Shown: one piece after another, positions 28,189-37,918 of the stretch | Numbering within the stretch: position 1 is the stretch's first letter | Layout of the letters: every line of letters begins with the position of its first letter | Source of the DNA: Candidatus Zixiibacteriota bacterium | Lineage (GTDB): Bacteria; Zixibacteria; MSB-5A5; SM23-73-2 | Length of the DNA stretch: 64,000 bases | Assembly (NCBI GenBank): GCA_030615745.1 | Contig: JAUWYR010000004.1 | Coordinates: 9,838 to 73,837, forward strand | Direction: 5' to 3' | Notes under the pieces: model-generated | Database searches by the model: none | What the model was told of the DNA's origin: nothing | What the model saw: the letters and a program-made list of their open reading frames with translations, nothing else | Made by a program: the position numbers and the translations under genes

Positions 28189-29448
28189 ATGGATACCTAC
28201 GAGATTTTAGAGGCACTAACTCAGATAACTAAAAGTAAAAACATAGATATGGAGTTTGTGATCGAGACCTTAGAGCAAAGTCTTTTGTCTGCAGCCAAGA
28301 AGAAATTTGGAGATTCCGACAACATAGAGGTAGAAGTTGACACAAAAACCGGTGAAATCGAGATGTATGCTTTAAAGAAAGTTGTGGAACAGGTCTCAGA
28401 TCCAAACCAAGAGATCTCTTTACCCCAGGCTCAAGAAATCAATCATCAGGTCAAATTGGATGAAAAAGTCAAGGTGCCAATAAGTTTTGATGAATTTGGA
28501 AGAAACGCTATTCTTACCGCTAAGCAGATCATGATTCAGAGAGTCAGGGAAGCAGAAAGGGATAAAATATATGAGGAATATAAGGATAAAATAGGAATAG
28601 TTGTTACCGGCTCTGTTCAACAGGTTAACAAGGGTAACATAATAGTCAATTTGGGGAAAGCAGAGGCGCTCCTTCCTCCCAAAGAGCAAATTCAAAAGGA
28701 ACGCTATCGCCAGGGTGATAGAATAAGAGCTTATATTTTGAATGTTGAGAAAAGCTCTCGTGGTCCCCAGATAATTTTGTCCAGGACTCATCCCGATCTT
28801 TTAAAAAAATTGTTTGAGCTTGAGGTTCCTGAGATTTTCGAAAGGATAATCGAGATAAAAGCAATTGTCAGAGAACCTGGAGAAAGAGCCAAAATCGCTG
28901 TTAGCTCAATAGATGATCGAGTGGATCCAGTTGGCGCTTGTGTTGGGATTAAGGGAGCAAGGGTTCAGAGCATAGTCAGAGAACTCAACAATGAGAGAAT
29001 AGATATTATCCTTTGGCATCCTGACCCTCAAACTTTTGTCACCAGAGCATTATCCCCTGCTAAGATTGCAAAAATCGACGTCTTTCCTGAAAAAGAGGAG
29101 ATGGCCGTGGTGGTTGAAGATGATATGTTATCCTTAGCTATTGGAAGGGGTGGACAAAATGCGAGATTGGCTGCCAAACTAACTGGCTGGAAGATAAATA
29201 TTCTGAGTGTCACTGAGTATAAAGAAGAAAGAAAGCTTGGAGAAGAACCAAAAATGAAGATTTCTCTTCTGTCTGGCATTGGAAAAAAATTGGAGGAGAA
29301 GTTAGCAAAAGCAAAGATCGAAACCATTCAGGATCTCGCAAAGACAGATGTTAAAACTTTGTCTGAAATCGAAGGAATTGGTAAAAAGAAAGCAGAATCT
29401 TTGATAGAGAAAGCTCAGGAATATATGACCACAAAGCCAGTGAGCTAA
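28189..29448 (+). CDS. nusA: transcription termination/antitermination factor NusA
   Basis: N-terminal domain, S1, two KH domains (GxxG), C-terminal HhH. Confidence 0.9.
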   Translation: MDTYEILEALTQITKSKNIDMEFVIETLEQSLLSAAKKKFGDSDNIEVEVDTKTGEIEMYALKKVVEQVSDPNQEISLPQAQEINHQVKLDEKVKVPISFDEFGRNAILTAKQIMIQRVREAERDKIYEEYKDKIGIVVTGSVQQVNKGNIIVNLGKAEALLPPKEQIQKERYRQGDRIRAYILNVEKSSRGPQIILSRTHPDLLKKLFELEVPEIFERIIEIKAIVREPGERAKIAVSSIDDRVDPVGACVGIKGARVQSIVRELNNERIDIILWHPDPQTFVTRALSPAKIAKIDVFPEKEEMAVVVEDDMLSLAIGRGGQNARLAAKLTGWKINILSVTEYKEERKLGEEPKMKISLLSGIGKKLEEKLAKAKIETIQDLAKTDVKTLSEIEGIGKKKAESLIEKAQEYMTTKPVS

Positions 29449-29498
29449 GATAAGAGTAAAAGCTTTCGAAAAAATTACAAAAGGTAAATTAAAAGATT

Positions 29499-31730
29499 AT
29501 GGTCAAAAAAAGAGTCCACCAAATAGCTAAAGAATATAAAGTCTCCAGTGAGGCTTTGCTTTCGATTTTGAGGGAGTTGGGTTTTAAAGTTAGGTCTCAC
29601 ATGAGCGTGGTGGATGATAAAATGGCTTTAGCTGTTGAGAAGAAATTCGAACAGGAGAAAGAAGCTGTTAAAAAGGAGTATGCCTGGAAAAGGCAAAAAA
29701 AAGAGGAAAGGGAGAAAAGAGAAGAGCTTTACAAAAAGATTGAGAAAATAAAATCGAGACTGAAAGCTAAAGAACTGGAATTGAAGAGAAAAGAGGGGAT
29801 AAAGAGATTTGATAAAAGGAAAGATACAAGAATAAGGTTTAAAAAGCCAAAGAAGTTTGTTGATAAAAAGCAAGTCAAACAAAGTGTTAAAAAGACATTT
29901 GCTCAGATCGAATCTTTCAAAAAAATCAAAAGATATAGAAAGAAGACCACGGAGGAGCTTGGGGTTGAGGAGCCGACTAATGTTATCCAGGTAAGCGAGT
30001 ACGCCTCTGTAGCAGAGCTGGCAAGTCTGTTGGGAGTTAAGCCAGCAGAACTTATTGCAAAACTCTTGGAGCTGGGTGTTATCGCCAGCATGAACCAGAG
30101 GCTCGATATGGACACTATCCAAACAGCGGCCTTGGAGTTCGGATATAATGTTGAAGAGGTAAAAGAGGTGGGGATAGAGGAGGAGGAGGAAAAGGAAGAT
30201 GGGAAGGATTTATTATCTCGCGCACCGGTTATAACTATAATGGGGCATGTTGATCATGGGAAAACTTCCCTTCTGGATTACATCAGAAAGAGCAATATAA
30301 TTGCCGGGGAATCAGGGGGTATTACCCAGCACATTGGCGCTTACGAGGTGAATTCGTCTAAAGGGAAAATAACCTTTCTTGATACACCGGGCCATGAGGC
30401 ATTTACAGCCATGAGAGCAAGAGGGGCTCAGATAACTGACATCGTGGTTTTAATGGTGGCTGTGGATGATGGAGTTATGCCTCAGACAACAGAGGCAATA
30501 GACCATGCAAAAGCAGCAGGGGTTCCAATTATAGTTGCGATTAACAAAATGGATCTACCTGGAGCAGATTCAGAGATGGTGAAAAATCAGCTCTCCAAAC
30601 AGGGGCTTGTTCCCGAGGAGTGGGGTGGAAAGGCAATAATAGTGGAGACATCTGCAAAAACAGGAATGGGAGTGGATAAGCTTTTGGAGATGATTTTGCT
30701 TCAAGCCGAGATGATGGAGTTAAAGGCTAATCCCAATCGTCGTGCCCAGGGGGTGGTGGTCGAATCGAGACTGGACCGTGGAAGAGGTCCTATCGCAACT
30801 GTCCTAATCCAGAAGGGGACCTTAAAAAATGGAGACCCTTTTGTTACTGGAATTTATTATGGAAAGGTGAGAGCCATGTTAGATGACAAGGGTATACAAC
30901 TTACCTCTGCTGGACCTGCCCAACCTGTTTTGATTTTAGGTGCCTCAGGAGTTCCACAGGCTGGGGATAGTTTTATTGTCACTGAATCGGATCAGGAGGC
31001 AAAAGAGCTGAGCCTGAAAAGAATGAGGCTTTACCGGGAAAAAGAACTAAGAAGAAAAAAGCAAATTAGTTTACCCACTCTCAAAGAGCACGCTGTTGAG
31101 GAAGGGGTTAAAGAATTGAAATTGATCATCAAGGCAGATGTGGTGGGCTCAATTGAGGCGCTCTCCGATTGTTTGGAAAAACTCTCTGTCCCTGATCTCA
31201 AGGTGAATATAATCCATAAAGGAACTGGCGCAGTAAACGAATCTGATGTCTTGCTTGCAGCTGCCTCTGATGCAGTTGTTATCGGATTTCATATTCGACC
31301 AGATATGCGGGCTAAAGAGGCAGCCCAAAGGGAAAAAGTTGATATAAGGCTTTATGATGTGATCTATGAAATTGAAAAGGAGATAAAAGCTGCTTTAGAG
31401 GGGATGCTGGAACCTGAGATAAAAGAGGTGATAACCGGAACCGCTGAGGTAAGGGAAATCTTCAGGATCCCAAAAGTTGGACAGGTGGCAGGATGCTATG
31501 TACAGGAAGGGAGTTTAATAAGAGGTGATAAAGTCAGGGTGATAAGAGATGGAGTGGTGATCTACGACAGCACCCTCTCATCTTTGAGAAGGTTTAAAGA
31601 TGATGTGAAAGAAGTCACCTCGGGTTTTGAATGTGGAGTTAAAGTGGAGAACTTCGAGGATTTAAAGCCGGACGACATTTTAGAAAGCTATCAAATTGTT
31701 AAAATAGCTAAGAAGTTGGAAGAGGCATGA
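29499..31730 (+). CDS. infB: translation initiation factor IF-2
   Basis: Lys/Glu-rich N-term, G-domain GHVDHGKTSLLD, DTPGH, NKMD. Confidence 0.92.
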   Translation: MVKKRVHQIAKEYKVSSEALLSILRELGFKVRSHMSVVDDKMALAVEKKFEQEKEAVKKEYAWKRQKKEEREKREELYKKIEKIKSRLKAKELELKRKEGIKRFDKRKDTRIRFKKPKKFVDKKQVKQSVKKTFAQIESFKKIKRYRKKTTEELGVEEPTNVIQVSEYASVAELASLLGVKPAELIAKLLELGVIASMNQRLDMDTIQTAALEFGYNVEEVKEVGIEEEEEKEDGKDLLSRAPVITIMGHVDHGKTSLLDYIRKSNIIAGESGGITQHIGAYEVNSSKGKITFLDTPGHEAFTAMRARGAQITDIVVLMVAVDDGVMPQTTEAIDHAKAAGVPIIVAINKMDLPGADSEMVKNQLSKQGLVPEEWGGKAIIVETSAKTGMGVDKLLEMILLQAEMMELKANPNRRAQGVVVESRLDRGRGPIATVLIQKGTLKNGDPFVTGIYYGKVRAMLDDKGIQLTSAGPAQPVLILGASGVPQAGDSFIVTESDQEAKELSLKRMRLYREKELRRKKQISLPTLKEHAVEEGVKELKLIIKADVVGSIEALSDCLEKLSVPDLKVNIIHKGTGAVNESDVLLAAASDAVVIGFHIRPDMRAKEAAQREKVDIRLYDVIYEIEKEIKAALEGMLEPEIKEVITGTAEVREIFRIPKVGQVAGCYVQEGSLIRGDKVRVIRDGVVIYDSTLSSLRRFKDDVKEVTSGFECGVKVENFEDLKPDDILESYQIVKIAKKLEEA

Positions 31731-31731
31731 G

Positions 31732-32013
31732 GTGATGGTAGGAACTCTTCTAATCGACATTCATTTTCCTGAAAGTAGCTCATTAAAAGCCAAAAGACAA
31801 CACTTGAGAAGGATAAAGGACAAGCTCAGAAACAAACTTAATGTATCGGTGGCGGAAGTTGGTAATAACGATCTTTGGCAAAGGACTATCATGGGAGTGT
31901 GTGTTATAGCAAATGAAAAAAGATTTGCTAACGAGATTTTGTCAAAAGCGGTTAAGCAGGTCTCTGAGGAAAATGGGATTGTTATCTTAAATTATTCAAT
32001 GGAATTTTATTAA
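31732..32013 (+). CDS. DUF503 protein (YlxP-like)
   Basis: ~90 aa between infB and rbfA, typical position and size. Confidence 0.7.
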   Translation: MMVGTLLIDIHFPESSSLKAKRQHLRRIKDKLRNKLNVSVAEVGNNDLWQRTIMGVCVIANEKRFANEILSKAVKQVSEENGIVILNYSMEFY

Positions 32014-32015
32014 AG

Positions 32016-32381
32016 ATGACTCTTAGAAGAAAGGAGAGGGTGGAAGACCAGATCAAAAAAGAGGTCTCAAAGATTATCGGTCAGAATCTTAAAGACCCGC
32101 GAGCTGGTTTTATCACAATAACCTCGGTGGAACTATCCTCAGATCTGAGATTTGCTAAAATCTTTTTTACAGTCTTAGGAGATGAAAAAGAGAAGGAGGA
32201 CTCAGAGAAGGCGCTTACAAGCGCTACTAAATTCGTTCAACAGAAGATGGCTACGAGGATAAGGTTGAAATATACTCCTCAGATTGTCTTCAGATATGAC
32301 CACACACTTGAGCAGGCTTTAAGAATAGAAAAGATCTTATCTAAGATACAAAATGAGAAAAGGAAAAAGATTAGAGACTAA
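32016..32381 (+). CDS. rbfA: ribosome-binding factor A
   Basis: RVEDQIKKEVSKII...DPRAGFITITSVELSSDLRFAKIF. Confidence 0.85.
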   Translation: MTLRRKERVEDQIKKEVSKIIGQNLKDPRAGFITITSVELSSDLRFAKIFFTVLGDEKEKEDSEKALTSATKFVQQKMATRIRLKYTPQIVFRYDHTLEQALRIEKILSKIQNEKRKKIRD

Positions 32382-33432
32382 AGAAATTCTTAAAAAAATC
32401 GAGCAAAGCAAAAAGATACTTATAACATCACACACAGATCCAGATGGAGATTCTTTCTGTTCACAGCTTGCTTTAGCTAATTTTTTGGATAGTCTTGGCA
32501 AGACCTATGAAATTTTTAACCAGGGAGAAATCTCGAGCAAATATCTTTTTTTAGATGAGAAAAGAAGAATAAAAAACAAATCTCTTGATGCATACGCAAA
32601 AACAGTTCAAAATCTTTTATCTTCTCCTAAAGATTATGATTTAGTTATATTCATTGAGTGCTCTAATCTGGATCGAGTTGGGTGGGTTAAAAATTTGATA
32701 CCAGAGGATAGTTTTTTGATAAACATAGACCATCACCGGGATAACACCTTTTTCGGCAGTATAAATTATGTTGACCCAAAAGCTTCTGCTACCGGTGAGA
32801 TGATCTATGATATTATGAAAACCTTTGGATTTTCTTTTGATAAAAAAACTGCTGAGTTAATCTATGTAGCTATAATGACCGATACAGGAAGATTCAAATA
32901 CTCCAATACCACTCCCAAATCTCTGAGGGTATGTGCTGATTTGTTAGGATATGGAGTGGACATTCGCTTTTTAACAGAAAAGATCTATTTCAATTTTTCT
33001 GAACCTGCTTTGAGGCTTTTAGGAACTACTTTGGAAAACTTAGAGCTTTTCGCAGGTAATAAAATATCTTTTTTGACCATTACTTATCCTATGCTGGAAA
33101 AGTTTAAAGTCCCACATCAGGATATTGATGGGTTTGTTGAATTTTCGTTATCTTTAGAAGATAGTAAAGTTGGAGCACTTTTTTTGGAGACAAAAAAGGG
33201 GTTCGCTCAAGTGAGCTTGAGGTCTTGTGATTTTATGGATGTTTGCCAAATAGCTAAAAGCTTTGGTGGAGGAGGTCACAAAAACGCATCAGGTTTTTTA
33301 TCTGAGGGAAAAATCGATGTGGTTAAAAGAAAAGTTTTAGATTCCCTTTTAAAAAAGCTTAAGGAGAAATCCTCAAGCTTCTCTAAAAAAAAGATGTCAT
33401 ACAAAATCGAAAATCGAAAAGAAAAAAGATGA
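32353..33432 (+). CDS. nrnA: DHH/DHHA1 phosphoesterase, bifunctional oligoribonuclease/pAp phosphatase NrnA
   Basis: HTDPDGDS, DHH (IDHH), DHHA1 GGGGHKNASG; start may be a few codons downstream (overlaps rbfA). Confidence 0.8.
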   Translation: MRKGKRLETKEILKKIEQSKKILITSHTDPDGDSFCSQLALANFLDSLGKTYEIFNQGEISSKYLFLDEKRRIKNKSLDAYAKTVQNLLSSPKDYDLVIFIECSNLDRVGWVKNLIPEDSFLINIDHHRDNTFFGSINYVDPKASATGEMIYDIMKTFGFSFDKKTAELIYVAIMTDTGRFKYSNTTPKSLRVCADLLGYGVDIRFLTEKIYFNFSEPALRLLGTTLENLELFAGNKISFLTITYPMLEKFKVPHQDIDGFVEFSLSLEDSKVGALFLETKKGFAQVSLRSCDFMDVCQIAKSFGGGGHKNASGFLSEGKIDVVKRKVLDSLLKKLKEKSSSFSKKKMSYKIENRKEKR

Positions 33433-34448
33433 CTCAGAATTTAGCTAAAAAGACAAATGCTTTTTCCTTACGTAACTCTACGGGTCTTTTTAATGGAAAA
33501 AAAATTCTTGATGGTCTTTTGATAGTAAACAAAAAAAGGGGTCCCACCTCTTTTGATGTCGTCCAAAAGTTGCGTAATATACTAAATTACAAAAGGATAG
33601 GACATACAGGGACACTCGACCCCTTTGCCTCAGGTGTATTGGTTTGTTGTCTTGGCAAGGGAACAAAAATTGTCCAGTTTATAACTTTTTGGGAAAAAGA
33701 ATATATCGCAAAGATTAAGTTAGGTGAACAGACCGATACATACGACTCTCAGGGAAAGATTGTGAAAAAATTCGAAGAATGCTTCGCAAATGAGGGATTT
33801 GTGCTCGAAGAAAATAAAATACAAAGTGTGATAGATTCTTTTAAAGGTGAAATTTGGCAAACTCCTCCTTTGTATTCAGCAATAAAATATAAGGGAAAAA
33901 AACTGTACCAATTTGCAAGAGAGGGAAAAGAGGTTAAAATTAAAAAAAGAAAAGTAAAAATTGAAAATATTGAGATTTTAAAGATAAAGCTCCCCTTTGT
34001 TTGGATAAAAGTAAGGTGTTCTAAAGGAACCTATATCAGGAGCTTAGGTTTTGATATTGGTAAAAAGTTAGGTTGCGGAGCATATCTAATTTCTCTATGT
34101 CGAACCAAGGTGGGTCCATTTGAGCTAAAAGATTCTTTCACTCTCGATGCAATAAGAAAAATAAAAGATGAGGGTAAATTGAACAAAATCGTTGTCTCTA
34201 TGGAAAAAGCACTCGAAAATCTCCCATCTCTTGTGGTCTCAGATGAGAACAAATTCAAAATAAAGCATGGTCAAGACCTTAAAGTAAAGGATATAAAATC
34301 TGTGAAAAAAGATTTCTCAAAAAAAGATAGGGTGGTTTTAAAGGATGGCTCTGGGAAAATCTTGGCAATAGGGGAAAGTCTGGTCTCCTCTGAAGAGATC
34401 TCAGATGAACAAAAAGTAATTTTTAGATACATGAGGGTAGTTGTTTGA
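33429..34448 (+). CDS. truB: tRNA pseudouridine(55) synthase TruB with PUA domain
   Basis: GHTGTLDPFASGVL catalytic-Asp motif; N-terminal ~25 aa extension, true start possibly later. Confidence 0.85.
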   Translation: MTQNLAKKTNAFSLRNSTGLFNGKKILDGLLIVNKKRGPTSFDVVQKLRNILNYKRIGHTGTLDPFASGVLVCCLGKGTKIVQFITFWEKEYIAKIKLGEQTDTYDSQGKIVKKFEECFANEGFVLEENKIQSVIDSFKGEIWQTPPLYSAIKYKGKKLYQFAREGKEVKIKKRKVKIENIEILKIKLPFVWIKVRCSKGTYIRSLGFDIGKKLGCGAYLISLCRTKVGPFELKDSFTLDAIRKIKDEGKLNKIVVSMEKALENLPSLVVSDENKFKIKHGQDLKVKDIKSVKKDFSKKDRVVLKDGSGKILAIGESLVSSEEISDEQKVIFRYMRVVV

Positions 34449-35506
34449 TGGAGGTCATTTTCGACATAACAAAAATCGATTCATCTTTTTTCAAAAGACC
34501 GGTGGTAACTTTAGGGACATTCGATGGAGTCCATCTCGGGCATCAGTTAATAATAAGAAAAGTGGTTGAAAAGGCAAAAAAGAAAAAGAAAAAAAGCGTT
34601 CTGGTCACCTACGAGCCACATCCTCAATGGATTATTGACCCAGAAACTGCCCCTTTTATTCTTACAACCCTTGATGAAAAATTATTGTTTCTCGAAAAAT
34701 TAGGGCTGGACCTGACCATAGTGGTTAATTTTGATAAAAACTTTTCAAAAACCTCAGCTGAAGAATTCATAAAAAAGATTTTGGTGGAAAAATTAAATAT
34801 AGGTGAATTGGTGGTTGGATATGACCACGCATTTGGAAAAAACAGAAAGGGACGCCTGCCACTTTTGAAAAAGAAAGCTAAGGAGTATCGATTTGGATTG
34901 GAGGTTATCTCTCCTATTAAAAATGACGATTTACCCATAAAAAGCACAAAAATAAGATTTGAACTCAAATCAGGGGACTTTCAAAAAGCTGTTAAGATGT
35001 TGGGTCACGCTTATCCGATCTTGGGTAAAAAAGTGGAGGGCAAAGGCAGAGGATATAAGCTCGGCTTTCCCACCATAAATCTAAAGGTTCCTGAAAGAAA
35101 GCTTCTCCCTCAAGACGGGGTCTTTTCAGCAGAGGTGAAAATTAAAGAGGAGTTTTATCGGGGAATGGTTTATTACGGGAAAAGTCCTACTTTTGAATAC
35201 AAATCAAAATCTTTGGAAGTGAATATATTCGACTTCGAACCAGAAGAAGATGTTGAAAAAGTCTTCCTTTCTCTTTTTGACTGGATTAGACCTGATATCA
35301 AATTCGATAATTTAGATGCATTAAAAAGAAAGCTTAAAGAGGATGAGAAAAAAGTCAAAAGATTACTTATGCGAAGCCTTAGGAGTCCTTCGGACATTTC
35401 GTCAAGATGTCGTCAAGACTCTTCGAGCTTCGCACATACGAAAAGAAAAAATTTAAAAGGAGGTTTTTTTGCCAATAGAGAAACAAAGAAGACAAAAGCT
35501 TGTTGA
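34445..35506 (+). CDS. ribF: bifunctional riboflavin kinase / FAD synthetase
   Basis: FAD-synthetase [11 protein letters not shown], riboflavin kinase domain; unusual ~45-aa C-terminal tail encoded by a dispersed-repeat copy (35375-35450) and overlapping rpsO. Confidence 0.8.
   Translation: MMEVIFDITKIDSSFFKRPVVTLGTFDGVHLGHQLIIRKVVEKAKKKKKKSVLVTYEPHPQWIIDPETAPFILTTLDEKLLFLEKLGLDLTIVVNFDKNFSKTSAEEFIKKILVEKLNIGELVVGYDHAFGKNRKGRLPLLKKKAKEYRFGLEVISPIKNDDLPIKSTKIRFELKSGDFQKAVKMLGHAYPILGKKVEGKGRGYKLGFPTINLKVPERKLLPQDGVFSAEVKIKEEFYRGMVYYGKSPTFEYKSKSLEVNIFDFEPEEDVEKVFLSLFDWIRPDIKFDNLDALKRKLKEDEKKVKRLLMRSLRSPSDISSRCRQDSSSFAHTKRKNLKGGFFANRETKKTKAC
35375..35450 (+). repeat. degenerate copy of GACTCTTCGAGC / GTCAAGA short-repeat family
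   Basis: CTTCGGACATTTCGTCAAGATGTCGTCAAGACTCTTCGAGC related to 37882-37917 and 39310-39350. Confidence 0.4.
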
Positions 35507-35738
35507 AGAATTTCAACATCACCAAAAAGATACCGGCTCTCCTGAGATTCAGATTGCTTTATTAACTGAGAAAATCTCTGCGTTAACCGAACATCTCAAA
35601 GCCTCTCCCAAGGATTTCAGTTCGAGAAGGGGGCTTTTGAAGATGGTTGGAAAAAGGAGAAGGCTTTTGGATTATTTAAAAAAGAATGAGCTTGAAAGTT
35701 ATAAAAAGATTATAGAGAAGCTGAACATCAGAAAATAG
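35469..35738 (+). CDS. rpsO: 30S ribosomal protein S15
   Basis: [53 protein letters not shown]; TTG start with AAAGGAGG RBS. Confidence 0.9.
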   Translation: MPIEKQRRQKLVEEFQHHQKDTGSPEIQIALLTEKISALTEHLKASPKDFSSRRGLLKMVGKRRRLLDYLKKNELESYKKIIEKLNIRK

Positions 35739-35752
35739 AGGTATTTGAATAA

Positions 35753-37855
35753 ATGAATGAGACAAAAAAGATCGACTTAGAAGGAAAAAAACTTATCTTT
35801 GAGACCGGGCGGATGGCGAAGCAAGCAGATGGAGCTTGCCTGGTAAAACTTGGTGACACTATGGTCTTAGCTACCGCAGTGGTAGATAAAGAGGAAAAAG
35901 AGGAAAACAAGTTCAGGGGATTTTTCCCTCTGACTGTTGATTACAGAGAGAAGGCTTATGCTGCTGGCAAAATACCTGGAGGATTTTTCAAAAGGGAGGG
36001 AAGACCTTCTGAAAAAGAGATCTTATCCTCAAGACTTATTGACCGCTCCTTAAGACCTCTTTTTCCTGAAGGCTATCATAAAGAGGTTCAGGTAGTAGCG
36101 ATGGTCTTATCATCTGATCAGGAAAATGATGGAGACATTTTGGGAATCAATGGTGCCTCTATCGCATTATCCCTTTCATCTATTCCTTTCTGCGGACCGA
36201 TTGGAGCTGTAAGAATCGGAAGAGTAAGTCATAAATATGTGATAAACCCAACTTTCTCAGAGCTGGAGCAAAGCGATATGAATATTGTTGCCGCGGGAAC
36301 AGAGGAGAGCATAATAATGGTTGAAGGCTTTTGTAATGAGGTATCAGAGGATGAGTTCTTTTTTGCATTAGAATTATCTTTTCAACAGATAAAAAAGATC
36401 ATCGAGACACAGAAAGAGTTGATTTCAAGTTGTGGTCAGCCTAAAGAAAAAGTGAAAAAAATGCTCATCGAAGAAGACCTTAAGAAAACGCTTAAAGAAA
36501 TGTCTTTGGATCAAATAAAAAAAGCCAATCATACAGGTGATAAGAACACTCGTCAAGAGATATTGGAAAATCTTTTCGAATCGATTAAAGAGAAGTTAGC
36601 TTCATCTTTTCCAGAAAAAGAAGCTGAGATATCCTATATTTTGACAGAACTGGAAAGAGAAGAACTTCGAAGGATGATATTAGAGGAGAGGCTGAGGTCA
36701 GATGGAAGGGACTACGATACTATAAGACCCATAACTTGTGAGGTAGGGGTTTTGCCTCGCGCACATGGGTCAGCATTATTTACTCGGGGTCAAACCCAGT
36801 CTCTTGTTGCAACTACCCTCGGCACAAAAATCGATGAACAGATAGTAGATGACCTCGAAGGTGAATCGAGTAAAAGCTATATGCTACATTACAATTTTCC
36901 TCCTTTTTCGGTAGGGGAGGTTAGATACCTTCGAGCTCCTCAAAGAAGGGAGATCGGACATGGGGCTTTAGCTGAAAGAGCTATTCAACCGATGATTCCA
37001 AAGGAGGAGGTATTTCCATATACCATTCGTGTCGTTTCAGATATTCTGGAATCAAATGGCTCCTCCTCCATGGCAACAGTTTGCGGTGGCTCTTTATCTC
37101 TGATGGATGCCGGTATTCCAATCAAAGCCCCGGTAGCAGGAATCGCTATGGGTCTTTTGAAAAAGGAAGAAAAGGTGGTTATTCTCACCGACATCTTAGG
37201 TGTTGAGGACCATTTTGGAGATATGGACTTCAAGGTGGCTGGAAGCAGACAGGGGATAACAGCTTTTCAGATGGATATAAAAATATCTAAAATTGAGCTT
37301 GCTATTTTAAGAAAGGCTCTTTCTAAAGCTAAGGATGCATACTTGTTCATCTTGGATGTTATGGAAAAAACGATTTCTGAGCCGAGGGAAAACCTCTCGG
37401 TCTATGCTCCGCGAATAATCATTTTTAAGATAAAATCAGATAAGATCGGAGACGTGATAGGTCCTGGAGGGAAAACGATAAGAGGAATAATTAAGCAAAC
37501 CGGTGCAAAAATTGACATTGAAGATGATGGCTCAATATTTATAGCTACCCCTGACCAGAAGGCAGCAGAACTGGCTCACGATTTAATTCTGAGACTGGTG
37601 GAAGAGCCCGAGATCGGGAAAGTCTATACTGGAAAGGTGAAAAGGATTTTACCATTTGGGGCTTTGGTGGAGATACTCCCCGGACAGGAGGGTTTAGTCC
37701 ATATATCTGAATTGGACCATAAAAGGGTATACAAGGTCGAGGACGTTATTAATTTAGGTGATGAGGTTAAGGTTAAGATTTTAGGAATAGAGCCAGATGG
37801 AAAAATCAAGCTTTCAAGAAAGGCATGTCTCAGACCATCATCTATCAAGAGATAA
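35753..37855 (+). CDS. pnp: polynucleotide phosphorylase (PNPase)
   Basis: two RNase PH domains, KH and C-terminal S1; rpsO-pnp adjacency. Confidence 0.92.
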   Translation: MNETKKIDLEGKKLIFETGRMAKQADGACLVKLGDTMVLATAVVDKEEKEENKFRGFFPLTVDYREKAYAAGKIPGGFFKREGRPSEKEILSSRLIDRSLRPLFPEGYHKEVQVVAMVLSSDQENDGDILGINGASIALSLSSIPFCGPIGAVRIGRVSHKYVINPTFSELEQSDMNIVAAGTEESIIMVEGFCNEVSEDEFFFALELSFQQIKKIIETQKELISSCGQPKEKVKKMLIEEDLKKTLKEMSLDQIKKANHTGDKNTRQEILENLFESIKEKLASSFPEKEAEISYILTELEREELRRMILEERLRSDGRDYDTIRPITCEVGVLPRAHGSALFTRGQTQSLVATTLGTKIDEQIVDDLEGESSKSYMLHYNFPPFSVGEVRYLRAPQRREIGHGALAERAIQPMIPKEEVFPYTIRVVSDILESNGSSSMATVCGGSLSLMDAGIPIKAPVAGIAMGLLKKEEKVVILTDILGVEDHFGDMDFKVAGSRQGITAFQMDIKISKIELAILRKALSKAKDAYLFILDVMEKTISEPRENLSVYAPRIIIFKIKSDKIGDVIGPGGKTIRGIIKQTGAKIDIEDDGSIFIATPDQKAAELAHDLILRLVEEPEIGKVYTGKVKRILPFGALVEILPGQEGLVHISELDHKRVYKVEDVINLGDEVKVKILGIEPDGKIKLSRKACLRPSSIKR

Positions 37856-37860
37856 GATTT
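37844..37860 (+). repeat. ATCAAGAGATAAGATTT dispersed repeat (at pnp stop)
   Basis: identical to 10572-10588. Confidence 0.5.
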
Positions 37861-37881
37861 GGGCTTTATATAATAGGCTTT

Positions 37882-37917
37882 TCCGAAGGATTTCCGAAGG
37901 ACTCTTCGAGCATAGAA
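37882..37917 (+). repeat. 36-nt dispersed repeat TCCGAAGGATTTCCGAAGGACTCTTCGAGCATAGAA (intergenic copy)
   Basis: 36/36 identical copy inside murI at 48107-48142. Confidence 0.75.
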
Positions 37918-37918
37918 T

